64,000 nt of DNA. It comes from Psammoneis japonica (lineage: Eukaryota). A program made the translations under genes and the position numbers. Location: positions 1-64,000 of the forward strand of contig QPGO01000195.1 in NCBI GenBank assembly GCA_008632985.1, read 5' to 3'. Positions 13,641-25,639 of the stretch are shown piece after piece (the stretch's first letter is position 1; every line of letters begins with the position of its first letter). The notes beneath the pieces are model-generated. The model worked only from the letters and a program-made list of their open reading frames with translations, was not told the DNA's origin and did not search any database.

Positions 13641-14027
13641 TTTGATTGGCTGTATCGAGGTATCAACATGCTTTGTTTATGCATAAAAGTTTAATGTACT
13701 TTTTGGCGCAAACAATGCACAGAGAATACCGTTAAATAATTATGAAAAACGGAAGAATCAATAAGTAACGTACTATCGGTTTTTCAACTAAAAATAACGT
13801 CCCCTGCCAAAAAATTTGCAAACTTCCGTTGATTATTATTTTAGATGATATAGATACTAAGGTCTTCATACCAAACCCACGTCCTATATAACTTTATTAG
13901 TATCCGTAGACAAACTCGGAGTATCACACCGATCTGAATTTTCTCGCACATTCATCACAAAACCTTCCCGCCCTTTTTCTTTCAGCTTTTTTACCTACAA
14001 ACATACCTTGAAAAATCTAATCAAGCC

Positions 14028-15451
14028 ATGGCGTCAGACGACCCGTACTGGGTATTCCCGTCTCTATTCCCATCAAGATCGAGGGGCAAAAGCTCAGACA
14101 CAGCTGCCAGCTCCGAATGTGAACTGGATGTGGGCGAAAGCGTCGAGATTGGGCTCGACGAGAGCGCAATAGTTGATGAAAGTGCAATGACCATGATGGA
14201 GAATGGAGGCGACTCAAGTGGTCATTTCAAGGACGGAAATGGAAAGAGATACGCCAAGAGACCAAGATGGAAGTTCTTACTCTTTCTTCTGTTCTTTTGT
14301 GCTGCTATAATAACCGCTTCGCTGCTGGGAACAAGGCTATCGAAGAACAGCAACTCTAGCAAATCCAGTGAAGGATCTCCCATCTCAAATGCAGAGCCGG
14401 CAGAAGAGGAAGAAGAGCAGGAAAGGGGAGAAGAGCACTCTTCTGGACCGGAACATTCCTCGAACAATACATTTCAGCATTCACCAACGAACCAACCGCA
14501 GCAACCTCAACCACCAACCGCAGCTCCAACGACAACGGTGACAAATACTCCCACATTCGCGAGAACGAATGCACCTTCTGCCTCACCCTCAAGTGCTCCC
14601 CTTACAAATTCACCCACAATACTAACCTTGGGCCCTCCGACAAACTTTCCTCCTACAAATCCGCCTAGTGTTGCCACAAATGAACCAACTCTTTTACCCA
14701 CAACAGAGCCGGAGAAGCAAACGACTGTGTCACCAACTACCGGTAAGCAGCAGACGAGTCCGCCAACTCTGCGACCAACACCGCAGCCGACAATGCTACC
14801 GACACCTTCACCCACACTTCCACTTACCGTGCTACCGACACCTTCTCCCACGCTTCCACTTACCGTGCTACCAACACCTTCTCCCACACCACCACCGACG
14901 TCAGCTCCAAAGATCCCAACGAGAGACGAGCAAATGTCGCCCAAGAACTGGTTAGAGGCGCACAATTCAAGACGGCGAAAGTTGTATGCCGAGAACAATG
15001 TACCAAATGTCGATTTAAAGTGGAGTGTCGGAGTGGCAGATAGCGCCTCGGCTTATGCGAAAAAACTCATCACGCTCGATGGCTGCACAATAAAGCACGG
15101 ATACGACAACGATCGATATGGTGGAGAGAATCTAGCATCACAATGGACGGGTAATCCTACCGGCGGGTTTGTCCCTGATAGATACTGGAGATGTGGTTTG
15201 ATAGAGAAGCCAACAATGGCTACTTTGAAAATCTGCACTATACGCAGGTGGGTTGGAGAGCGACACATTATGTTGGTTGTGCCGAAGCCACCAAGGAAAG
15301 CTCGGGCGGAACATGTCATATTTTCGTATGTCGCTACATTAAAGCGGGAAATTGCAACCTCCCCGATACCAATGAGGGAGTCATCCAAAAGATGCTCGCC
15401 GAAAGATCACCCTGTGGAGTGGACTGTCCTCCAGAGGGATGTGTCGATTGA
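14028..15451 (+). CDS. CAP/SCP (PR-1-like) domain protein with N-terminal TM anchor and Pro/Thr-rich stalk
   Basis: WLEAHNSRR, LKWS, YGGENLA, then after an apparent frameshift near 15180 HYTQVGWRATHYVGCA...VCRYIKAGNC; internal 36-bp PTPSPTLPLTVL repeats at about 14799-14890. Confidence 0.85.
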
Positions 15452-15960
15452 GACACTACTTGACCAACGTTTGCTCTTTGAGACATTTTTTACATTTTGT
15501 AATATTAGCTTTCAAAGTGTTGCTCCTGCAAAAGTGCACCACCGTTACAGCTTACGACTAGGCGCAGTGCAGGAGAGTAAATGCGAGCTGGTCGTGTCTG
15601 GGATTAGACCTACTGACTCTGTCGATATGCAGGATTCAACAAGCACTATAACGTATACTTCAAAAAGTGCTACTCTAGAGGTCGTGCTTAGATTGGCGAG
15701 TTTCTAGAGTAGCTGTACTTATTGCTCCCAATCCCTTTTGGTCATCATCGTCATTATTCCGTGTCGGCGGTCGTTGGTCAGACTTACCCAATTCAGTCAT
15801 GTTTTGATCTAATCCGCGACCACGAGTAGCGTCAGCATGATGACGTTGGTTGTTGCGTTCACCTTTCTCATTTTTTATCGACGTCGTTGACACTGCGACC
15901 TTGCTGATTTTCTCATTCCCAACAGGATAGATGCAAATAAACTGAGAGGACTACCTTGAA

Positions 15961-18135
15961 ATGATATTTCGCTCCGTCGCTCTCTGCTTGGCGACAGCTC
16001 AGGTGGTCTCTGCCTTTCACCATGCAGCTTCACCGCAAAGATCTTTTGTTGGATCCTCGAGATTAGCGAAGTCGCGTACTTCTCTGCCAGTGGCTACCGC
16101 TGTCGATTCCGAAACAGAAGTGGCCTCTGGAAATGATGTCATGTGGACCCCTTCTGAAGATTTCATGAAGGAAACGTTGATGTTCAAGTTCAAAGAGAAG
16201 GTTGGTATCGAAGGAGGCTACGACGAACTTTGGAAGTGGTCTGTGGACAACGGCGACGAATTTTGGGCGAAACTGATGGATTTTGTGGAGATAGAGTACA
16301 CTGGCTCCTCAAACCAACCAAAGAGGGTGATACCATGCCAGATGTGTCCTACTTTCCTAATGTAGAATTGAACTTCGCTCAAAATTTGCTCAGACACGGT
16401 GCTCCCGATCTCCCCTCAAGGACCAGGAAGCCGTCGTTTCCATTTCAGAAGCTCGCGACGACATTCGATGGACTTTTGAAGAGCTCCGAAAGGATTCCAG
16501 TCGGGTAAGAGCAGCTCTTGAGAAAGCAGGAGTCACCAAGGAGGATGCTGTGGGTGCTTACTTGCCCAACATTGGTGAAACCATTGTCGCCATGTTGGGT
16601 ACCACCAGTACGGGAGCGGTCTGGTCGTCATGTTCGCCGGATTTCGGAGCACAAGCTGTCGCCGATCGGTTCAGCCAGATCAAACCGAAGGTTTTATTCA
16701 CAGCCAACGGGTTTGTGTCTAAAAAAGAAGTTACGTCGATGCAGGATAAGATTGAGCAGCTTGTCGAAGCATTGCCTTCTCTTGAGCGTGTTGTTCTTAT
16801 TGACGTGATTGACGAGGATTTAGAATTTGAAGATAAACGTCTCGCCAAAATGGTGGCGAGCTGGGACGACTTTTTGAAGGAAGGATCAGATGAGGATGGT
16901 GAGGCCCCAGAGAGCGAGTTTACGCCAGTACCCTTCTCGCACCCGCAGTTTGTCTTGTATTCCTCGGGAACAACAGGAATGCCCAAAAGCATCGCGCACG
17001 GTGCTGGAACCACGCTTTTGCAGCACGCCAAGGAGCATATGCTTCATTCAGATCTCCGCCCGAAAGACCGCCTTTTGTATTACACCTCGTGTGGATGGAT
17101 GATGTGGAACTGGATGACCAGCAGTTTGTATGCCGGTGCTACGGTGGTTTGCTTTGACGGGTTTGCAGCATTCCCCCGCCTCTCCTCTCCTTGGGATTTG
17201 GTGGCCAAAGAGAAGATTACGCACCTGGGTACCACACCGCGCTATCTTCAGGCATGTAGGAAACGCGTCCGCCCTGGTCGCGACAACGACTTGTCAAACT
17301 TGCGCGTCATCTTTTCGACTGGTTCCCCTTTGACACCTGAAGACTTTGAATACACCTACGAGCATGTAAAAGAAGACATCATGCTGGCGTCCATTTCGGG
17401 TGGAACCGACATTTGCTCATGCTTCGCTCTGGGCAATCCACTCCTCTCGGTTCGCAAAGTGAGCTACAGGCCATTGGTCTTGGTTTGGACGTTTGTGCCT
17501 ACGACGCTGACGACGGCAAAGCTGTTGTTGGAAGCAAGGCTGAACTAGTTTGCAAATCGCCATTTGTGGCGGCTCCAGTATGTTTCTTTGGAGATGATGA
17601 CAAGAAGACAAAATACCGTGGTGCTTACTTTAAGGAGGAGCATCCAGGGGCTTGGTACCACGGTGATTTGGTCGAGATTACCGGTTCTGTCGGAGAAGCA
17701 GGAGGTGTGATCATTCACGGTCGATCCGATACCACCCTGAAACCTGGTGGCATTCGCATTGGAACGGCCGAGGTTTACCGTTTTGCGGAAGAGGTGGGCA
17801 TTGTTCAAGATTCCTTGGTTATTGGTGACCAAATCAAATCAGGAAAGCGTGCAGGTGACGTCCGCATTGTTTTGTTTGTGCAACTCGCGGATGATACAGA
17901 GTTGACCCCCGAAATTGAAGAGGAAATTCGCTCCACCATTCGGTCTGGGGCATCGGATGCACACGTGCCGGCAATTATTCGCCAGGTCAAGAAGATCCCC
18001 TACACCAAGTCGGGAAAGAAGGTGGAGATTGCCGTTCGTGACTTGTTTGCTGGCGTGGAGCCGAAGAACATGGGCGCCCTTGCAGATCCGAGTGCATTCG
18101 ATGAATACCGCGAAATGGCCAAAGAAGGTCTGTAA
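15961..18135 (+). CDS. AACS: Acetoacetyl-CoA synthetase (acyl-CoA synthetase family), predicted plastid-targeted; three apparent 1-nt frameshifts
   Basis: YSSGTTGMPK AMP-binding motif, GWMMWNW, SISGGTDICSCF, GRSDTTLKPGGIRIGTAEVY, IPYTKSGKKVE; N-terminus AQVVSA|FHH; frame breaks near 16310, 16410 and 17457. Confidence 0.9.
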
Positions 18136-18192
18136 TATCTGTTGTTGCTAAAATAAATAGATTTGTACAGTGTGTTTCTACTTTAATTTCGT

Positions 18193-19131
18193 TCAAACCC
18201 GAGCAATGTGTGCTCTAGCCTTTCTACTATCATATGATGAATCTGAGCCGTCTAACGACGAAATCTCGTCCACGAAATTATCAACGGAAGAATCCATGAG
18301 AGATATCTCGTCCATGACCCCGTCGTTGTCAAATGCGCTTGCGAGTTCGTCTTGGAACGCGTTTTTCTTACTTTTTCGCTTTTGATTTCTTTTTCGTATC
18401 TCCATTGCACGTTGCGACCTCTGTTTGTCCAGATTCTGCTGCTGCTCAAGCTGGTTTCGCCGTCTTCGTCCCTCCATGCTCATCTCACAAAAGATGTTAC
18501 AAATACATATAAAGAGAACCGCAACAACAAGGATGACCCAAGAATGCGTAACAGCCGGAGACTCTGTCGGCTTTACCCAAATTTCAACCTCAAACGGAGT
18601 CGTCACATTGACCAAAAGGAACCGGTCCGTTATGTTGGCGCCGCGGGCATGGTGTTTGCTCCCGGCCTGTTTCTTTCGTTCGTTAACTTTATGTAGTATT
18701 GCCTCTCCTTGAGCGACAAGTAGAATTTTCTTCCTTGTCGGCATTATCTTTGTAACAAACTTGGATTCCAATCTTGTTCGAACGACACAAGCCCGACCCT
18801 CGCAGGTATACCACGTTTTGCTATCCATAGGACTGCCATCGACTATCCGATTTAACTCTGCAGCATTTCCTTTTAGACTAAGACTGGAGACTTGGTCAAT
18901 TTGAATCTCCTCTTGAGAAGTTTCAAAGCAAAGAAACAACTCGGTTTGAAGGGTCATGAGGGCTTCAACATCTTGAATACATGTGTTCGTCAAATCACAC
19001 CGACAGACTGACATATGGTACCGATCCCCTTCATTACGTAGCCTGCGTCGGTGTTCATTCTCTTCATCGTTATTATCATCGACAGAGACAAATGGTGAAT
19101 TTAGTTCTTTCTCGTGGCTTGATGAATCCAT
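18193..19131 (-). CDS. Hypothetical membrane protein
   Basis: 312-aa ORF with normal dinucleotide content and one TM (WVILVVAVLFICICNIFC). Confidence 0.55.
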   Translation of the reverse strand: MDSSSHEKELNSPFVSVDDNNDEENEHRRRLRNEGDRYHMSVCRCDLTNTCIQDVEALMTLQTELFLCFETSQEEIQIDQVSSLSLKGNAAELNRIVDGSPMDSKTWYTCEGRACVVRTRLESKFVTKIMPTRKKILLVAQGEAILHKVNERKKQAGSKHHARGANITDRFLLVNVTTPFEVEIWVKPTESPAVTHSWVILVVAVLFICICNIFCEMSMEGRRRRNQLEQQQNLDKQRSQRAMEIRKRNQKRKSKKNAFQDELASAFDNDGVMDEISLMDSSVDNFVDEISSLDGSDSSYDSRKARAHIARV

Positions 19132-19985
19132 GATTTTGAGCTGCCGTTCCTCACAAAATGAAAGAAGAACTGTTTTTCTGCTATTCTCTTGTGATAGAGC
19201 CCTTTCCTCTTCACATTCAACTCTACAAGCAGGTTCTGCAGATGAGATTGAACAATCCTTCTACTTTGAACTGTTACAGTAGGGCCCTAAACGACAACGA
19301 TTGGTTCTCGAATACTGTAACAAAGGCATGTATCACGCCTTTTGTTGTGGGCGTTGGGCGTGGCGGTCAAATCCTTGTCGCAGAGATCTCCAGATCTGTC
19401 CTATGCCTTTTGCAAGTTGCTGAAATGACCTTTTGTTTATACCCAGAAGTCATAATGACTTGAAAGTCAATCAAATTGGCCATCAGCTCGGGCTCGTGGT
19501 GTCCGAGCGAACCCCAAGAACGCCGCACAGCCAGCTGACGCACGTCAATCTTGCTTTTGAGCTTCGAGATCCAGATCGAAAAATTCGAAAAGGCAGAAGG
19601 CCTTGTTGTTATTGTTGGTTTCGTGGTTATCGTTGCTAACACTTTCTAGAATCCTTACCAGAACTTCTGTGAGTATGACGTCGCCCTTGTCGTTTCAAGC
19701 CGCCACTATTCTTTACCGGACTATGTTGCTTCATCTAGAGTATTTGTGCTGCATCCCGGCGCAGGACAAGCAACAGTTTTCTTGGCTGAAAGGTCTATGC
19801 TGAGACTTCACTTTCTCGTTTATAATTTGGGTGAAAGAGGGGAAAAGTTGTCGGCCTCTCTGTTGTGTTGTCAAAAAGATCCTTATCGCCGCAGTTCCTT
19901 CTTTCTCACTCTCTTTCGTCGTTTTCATTTCTAGACTTGATTCTAGTCGACTACATAGCACTTATTCAGAAAATTTGAATCAGTC

Positions 19986-21167
19986 ATGGCAGACGGAAAC
20001 GATGAGCTACTCGAGTATTCCGTCATTTATACGGACAGAGCGAGGAACTTGATGGCGGCTTCCTTTTCTCAAGCCTTCAAGGACATTAGCAAGAATCTAT
20101 GTGATGTCTATCAGGCTGATCACTGTGTTCTTATTCCTGGATCAGGCAGTTACGCCATGGAGGCCGTTGTTGGCCAATTTGCACGTTACAAGACAGAGGA
20201 CAACTACCGCCCTGGCCTAGTGATCCGTAATGGATACTTTAGCTTTCGCTGGACCGACATTTGGGACTTTGTGTACCCCAAAGAACTGGATCGCTCTCCT
20301 GAATTGATTGTGGTCAAAGCCACTGCCACCGAAGAGGGCGACAGGCCGAGCTTCCAACCTCCCGCCATTGAAGACGCGGTGGCTCAGATTCAAGAGAACA
20401 AGCCCTGCGTCGTCTTTTGTCCTCACGTGGAGACATCTGCGGGAATTATAGTGTCGGACGACTACATCAAGGCCCTTGCGGATGCTACCCATGCTGGCGA
20501 TCCTGATGCAATCTTTGTTTTAGATTGTATTGCTAGCGGCAATGTTTGGACTCGGATGAAAGACCTGGGTGTTGACATTGTCATCACGGCGCCCCAAAAG
20601 GGTTGGACGAGTCCCGCTTCAGTTGGTATTGCCATGATGTCGACGAGGGCCAAGGAAATCATGGCCGGTCGCCCCAGTATGGGTCACAGCTTCTGCTGCA
20701 ACCTTTCAAAGTGGTCCATGGTTGCCGACAAGTACGCTGCTCCCGGGGGATTCATGTATCACACCACCCTTCCCACGGATGCGCTCGTTACCTTTCGGGA
20801 TGTGATTTTGGAAACCGTGGCGTTTGGTCTCGATGACTTGGAGGCGAGGACCAAAGAGTTGGGAAGTCGTATTCGCGCTGTTCTGGAAGAGAATGGCTTC
20901 AATTCTGTAGCTGCCGAGGGCTGCAAAGCGCCCACCGTGGTTGTTTCGTATATTCGTGGCGAGCAAGATCGGACTCTTGCTGCAAAGTTCAAGAAGCTCG
21001 GGGTTCAGATTGCGGCTGGAGTGCCTCTTAAAGTCGATGAACCTTGGGGTGACGGCGGACCTCCGACGTTTCGTATTGGGCTGTTTGGACTTGACAAGCT
21101 CAAAGATGTCGACAAGGCGGTGGGTACTTTTGAAGATGCCCTCAAGAAGATCTTGGCAGATGACTAG
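19986..21167 (+). CDS. Class V PLP aminotransferase (alanine-glyoxylate / serine-pyruvate aminotransferase-like)
   Basis: PGSGSYAMEAV, PHVETSAG, VLDCIASG, TAPQKGW (PLP lysine), FRIGLFG. Confidence 0.9.
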   Translation: MADGNDELLEYSVIYTDRARNLMAASFSQAFKDISKNLCDVYQADHCVLIPGSGSYAMEAVVGQFARYKTEDNYRPGLVIRNGYFSFRWTDIWDFVYPKELDRSPELIVVKATATEEGDRPSFQPPAIEDAVAQIQENKPCVVFCPHVETSAGIIVSDDYIKALADATHAGDPDAIFVLDCIASGNVWTRMKDLGVDIVITAPQKGWTSPASVGIAMMSTRAKEIMAGRPSMGHSFCCNLSKWSMVADKYAAPGGFMYHTTLPTDALVTFRDVILETVAFGLDDLEARTKELGSRIRAVLEENGFNSVAAEGCKAPTVVVSYIRGEQDRTLAAKFKKLGVQIAAGVPLKVDEPWGDGGPPTFRIGLFGLDKLKDVDKAVGTFEDALKKILADD

Positions 21168-21899
21168 TCGTGTCTCGAGTTTTCTCTCTCCGAAGTTGAG
21201 TTCATCGGTTGGTGATGCATAGTATGTTTTTTTAGAGCAGGCTGCTAGAGTAAGCTAATCTATGTTTTCATTTAATAGCTAACGCTGTAGTAGGTGGGTT
21301 TCATATCTAAGTCTACTTCAAATCTGCATCTACTCTTTTGGCTCTCTACTCTAGCTAGAGCGCTATATTGCGTTCTCTCGTGTCCCCGCTGTATCTGAAG
21401 CGCTGCTTCGTTCCCGGTGGCGTTTATTCCACAACGGTCCAAACTAAATGTTGACGTTTCAGGAGCGCTTGCATGCATTGCATAAGTAGAAATCGACGTT
21501 ATTCTCCCATTTGGTCTTCCATGCTTTGTCTGAGCTGGCACATCACATGGTCTCTTGTCTTGCCACAGTTGGCAGGGATGAATCAGTGCTCGCAGAGGGT
21601 TCTGCATTTGGATGGATGTTTACAAACAACAGCAGGCCTCTGATGGACTCTGTGCTGGACCAGTGTTTGGCAGGTCTCCCTCATCATGTCATGCTGAGAC
21701 ACATGGATTTTTTTCTGCAACACGGTTTGTGCTCAGGCTGCTGTGCCATTGTCATTTGATGAGTTGCCAGGGAGTGTGCCCCCACTGCAACAACAATGCT
21801 CTGGTGAATGTTTTGCTGAACCTGTCCATCATGCCCCCAAGCTTGCACCCCTCCAAAGATGCACTCAAACAGAAAGTCCATTTGCTCCAATGTCGTGGT

Positions 21900-24050
21900 G
21901 CAGACATGCTGTTCCTGAGTGGGATGTGGCAAATGAAACATCTCAGACTGCTGCCGCTGCTGCTGCTGCTGCTGACATTGAGCCAGCCAGTGTTGGACCC
22001 CACACATTTCCCGGAATGACCAATCAACTGAGGGGATCAACAAGGGCATCAGAACAGGCTTGTGTCAGCTGAGTCTCTTTTTCTCATGTCAGAGCAAATG
22101 TTTGTGGTGATCAGCTTGCTGGTCAGCATCATGGACAGCACACTGCACACATGTCTCCTCATGTCATTCTTTTTCACAATGGCCAGGAGGCAAATTTGTC
22201 ATTGCCAGATGGCACAGCAACCTCTGGGTTCAAAGCTGCAGTTTGGTGCACAAAGCACATTCAAGAGCACAGTCAACAGACTGAGAATGTTGCAGACATG
22301 ATTGGCTGGCAAGCTCACGCCACACTCATCTCCGTTGGAATGTCAAGCATCATGTGTCCACACCGAAGCTCATTCACTCACCTGCTCCAATGAACAAGAT
22401 TGTGTGCTGGTGCAATCCAGCCCATCTGTGCCATTTCATCTGGTGCACAAGTTGATGAATGTCTCAGCATGGAAAGCCTCAGTGATCACATCATCAACCA
22501 CCTTGACAACAAACAGTGGTGCACCACTTTTCTTCAAAGCCTTTGGAAGCATTGTGAGACAAACTGGACACCATGCCCCACTGCATGCTTTCCTTCTCTT
22601 TTCCATTGAGTTGCAGCTCAAGGACGAGATGGCACACAAGTTGGACATTGATGCTGTGATTGGAGATTTGTGAAGACAGCAGAGCTCCATTGACTGGCAT
22701 CAGCCATTTGCTCTCCAAATTCAGCTGGCTTCTCATCCTCATGAGACATGTCTGCTGTGTGACAAGCACATGTCAAAGAAGATGAGAACAAGCCCCCTAT
22801 CCCAACTGGCTGGGGGGCAGCTCAAGTTGGACCACTCATGTGGAAAGCTTGGTGAGGCCTCTGGGAGGAAGACAGTGACAAGGTCAGTGGACATGATGCT
22901 GAGTCAAGGAAGATGGCTCATCTCAGTTTGCAAGAACAAGTGATGCTGGTGCGGGGGAGCTCAGCAAGTGGTGATCAAAAAGTCTCTTCTGGATTCAATC
23001 AAAGAGCATTGCACTCAACTCACTGCAAAAATTGGAAGCTGGATGGCCATGATTCATTCCCACCTCAAAGACAGCATGAAAGATGCAAATTTGTGACATC
23101 TGTGTCATCGCCAGGCTCTGGAAGGGTGTTGCCATGTCTGGTGACACCATGTCTGGCAATGCCAGCACTCAACAAAGTTTTGTGTGGCTTGCCACCCAAA
23201 CAGTGCATGCTCCTTTGCACAAGCTGTCAATTGACTGACCTTGAGTGCATCAGGATGACACTTGGAGCTCATGCCACCCAACACCATGTTGGCTGTCATG
23301 TCAATTCCTTGGCCTGCATCACTCAACTCTGCCAATGAGCAGCAATCACTGTCAGGACAATCCTTTGTCACGTGTCTGGCCTCATCACATTTCCAGCATC
23401 CAATCTGCTTCTTCTTGCTCTGTGCAAAACTTGCGCTGCAAGGTTTCTTGTTGGCTCTGCAGGTGTCCAGCACCTGCAGCGGTGCCTCCTTGGCAGAATT
23501 GGGACAAATGTCAGCCCCCAGTGTGAGCTGCTGACCAGGTTTTTCAAGACATGCTGACATTCCTTGGCACCCTCCACTGGCATCATGGCCAATGACTTGC
23601 TCCTTTCTTCATTCCAGGTGACACAGACAGACCCGCACCACGTCAACCTCACACCGTCAGATGCCAAGAGAAAGAAAAAGCAGTTGAAGCTTGTTGTTTT
23701 GATTGCAGCCCTGCTGCCAGGGTTGAAACAATTGTTTTTGCAACAAGAGGTCATGCATCCACCACAACATGGCTGCACCTGCTGACCCCATGAACTGCAA
23801 AACACTCTGCGGCACCATGCTTGGCTGACATGCTCAGTGGGGAGAAATGTGAATCTGCACCTCCAGATCATCAACAAGATTGGCGAACACCTTGATGGGA
23901 AGGAGTGGTGAAAAATTGACTCTTTCATTGGCGCGGCAGCACAAAATGAGTGTGAACAAGCAACCAAATCTGCCAAAAGCAGCAACGAAGTCTTGCTGAA
24001 CCCCTCCACTGCTGGTCAAAGCAACACCCATGTCAAAGTGGGTGTTTGGC
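21900..24050 (-). pseudogene. Ty1/copia LTR-retrotransposon gag-integrase remnant
   Basis: Zinc knuckle CWKCDEARHVTKDC (about 23350-23400); upstream QQLTLGADICPNSAKEA resembles the diatom copia gag motif (N.YT.G.D.YP) with Y->C; MPVNG..SSQIS resembles the integrase D.MFVNG segment; boundaries approximate. Confidence 0.55.
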
Positions 24051-25639
24051 TTGTTGCCACACCTTGACAGCTGTGATGCTCAATGTTGACATTGCAAAAA
24101 TGTGCTGAGGCTGGCTGCAGCTCAAGAGTTTGACAGCAGCCAGCAGGCACAACAAAGCACACAACAATGACAGACACACAGTGTTCTCATTCCTTTGTAG
24201 AAAGCTTGGACAGCGACAACAACACACACACACACACCATGATTGTGAGCACCTGGCCCAATGCTCTCTTGCTTTAGAAAATTTGTTTCTGCGTGGGCTC
24301 TGCAGCAGTGTGCTGAAATGGGCAAAACACACAGTGTCATGGCGCAGCTCACAGCTTTTGATGCAGACCTTGAGAATGCAAAAAAGAAACAAAGGCATCT
24401 CAAATCATGTTTCCCAGCTGCTGCCCTTCCTCAGACTGGCAACCAGCACAGCAGGGAATGCACCCCTCTTCAACAACGGAAGAACAGCTGGCAAACCTGT
24501 GTGCCTGCTGTGCACAAATGAGTGTGTTGCAGCCCTCAAAAATGCCTTGCATTTTCTTGCTGAAATCAATGCATGCAAGCAGCTCACAAGCAAAAATGAG
24601 GAGTTGAGCATTGATGACATCCTGCAGGATCTGCAAACAAACCAGTGCCACTGAAGTCATGTGCAAGCATTGCACTCATGACTGCCTCAGTTTTTGGCAG
24701 CAATTTTTGTTCAGGCAATTCATTGGCATGTGACAATTGTTCTCCCACACACAAATGAGTGTGTGTGCAAGTGGGTGTTAGATTTTTTTGTGGGCTGCTG
24801 GCAGCAGTGTGCTGCAGTGTGGTTGGTTGCAACATTGCTGTTGTGGACACAACAAACACAATGAGATGAATCAGACAAACAAAGCTTGCCACAATCATCC
24901 CATGTCCTTCTTGTTAACCAGAACTTCATCAAAAAGGAAATTCTCAAGAGAGTGAGTGTGTTGCTTGTTGCTTGGCTGCATCTTCCAGGCAAGAAGACAA
25001 AGAGGAGTGGCAAAATGAGAGCGCCAACAAACTGATTTGCATTGAAGACACACTTTGCCCCATTGAACATCCCCCCCCATTTTCCCCAACACAGTGATGG
25101 TTTTAACTCAATCAAATCTTTCACATTGCAAAACACAAGGCCAGAGGACAGGACCATTGATGCCATCCGATGACCCCAAATCCCACAGGTGCCACAACAG
25201 AATGACTGGCCAAACTGGACGGCATGATGTTGTCACAAGCAAGTCAGCTCGCATGGCAGCAGCAAGGTTGAGATGAATGGAACAATTCCTCTTGGGGAGG
25301 CATGAACCACTCTCTCCTGTTGGTCTCCGATCTGCGCTGGATTCCTGCTGGCTGTGCAACTCAGTGGCAAATGAAAATGCTCTCGCATCCTCGCATTTGC
25401 TTGTCATGCGATTGGCACCACGCGAATGGCTTCCGCTTTGCAAAGGAGTCCTTTTGCATTCTGTCCCTGGGATCCAGCCGCCTGCACAACTTCTCTCTGT
25501 CGTTGACTGACAGCTGTGCGAGACTGTGCATGCTGCAATCAACTGAGGAACAACACACCATTCTGGCGTGCGCCAAAAAGTCCCATGGTTTCACAGCAAG
25601 GTCGATCCAACGTCTGGTGGCAAAAGCCCATCCAAAGAA

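Noticed and set aside
16300..17470. Frame breaks in AACS (also in the CAP gene near 15180 and the TRP-like gene) as programmed frameshifting or pseudogenisation
   Set aside because: Scattered apparent 1-nt losses in otherwise well-conserved genes with normal composition and no slippery motif; most likely long-read assembly errors
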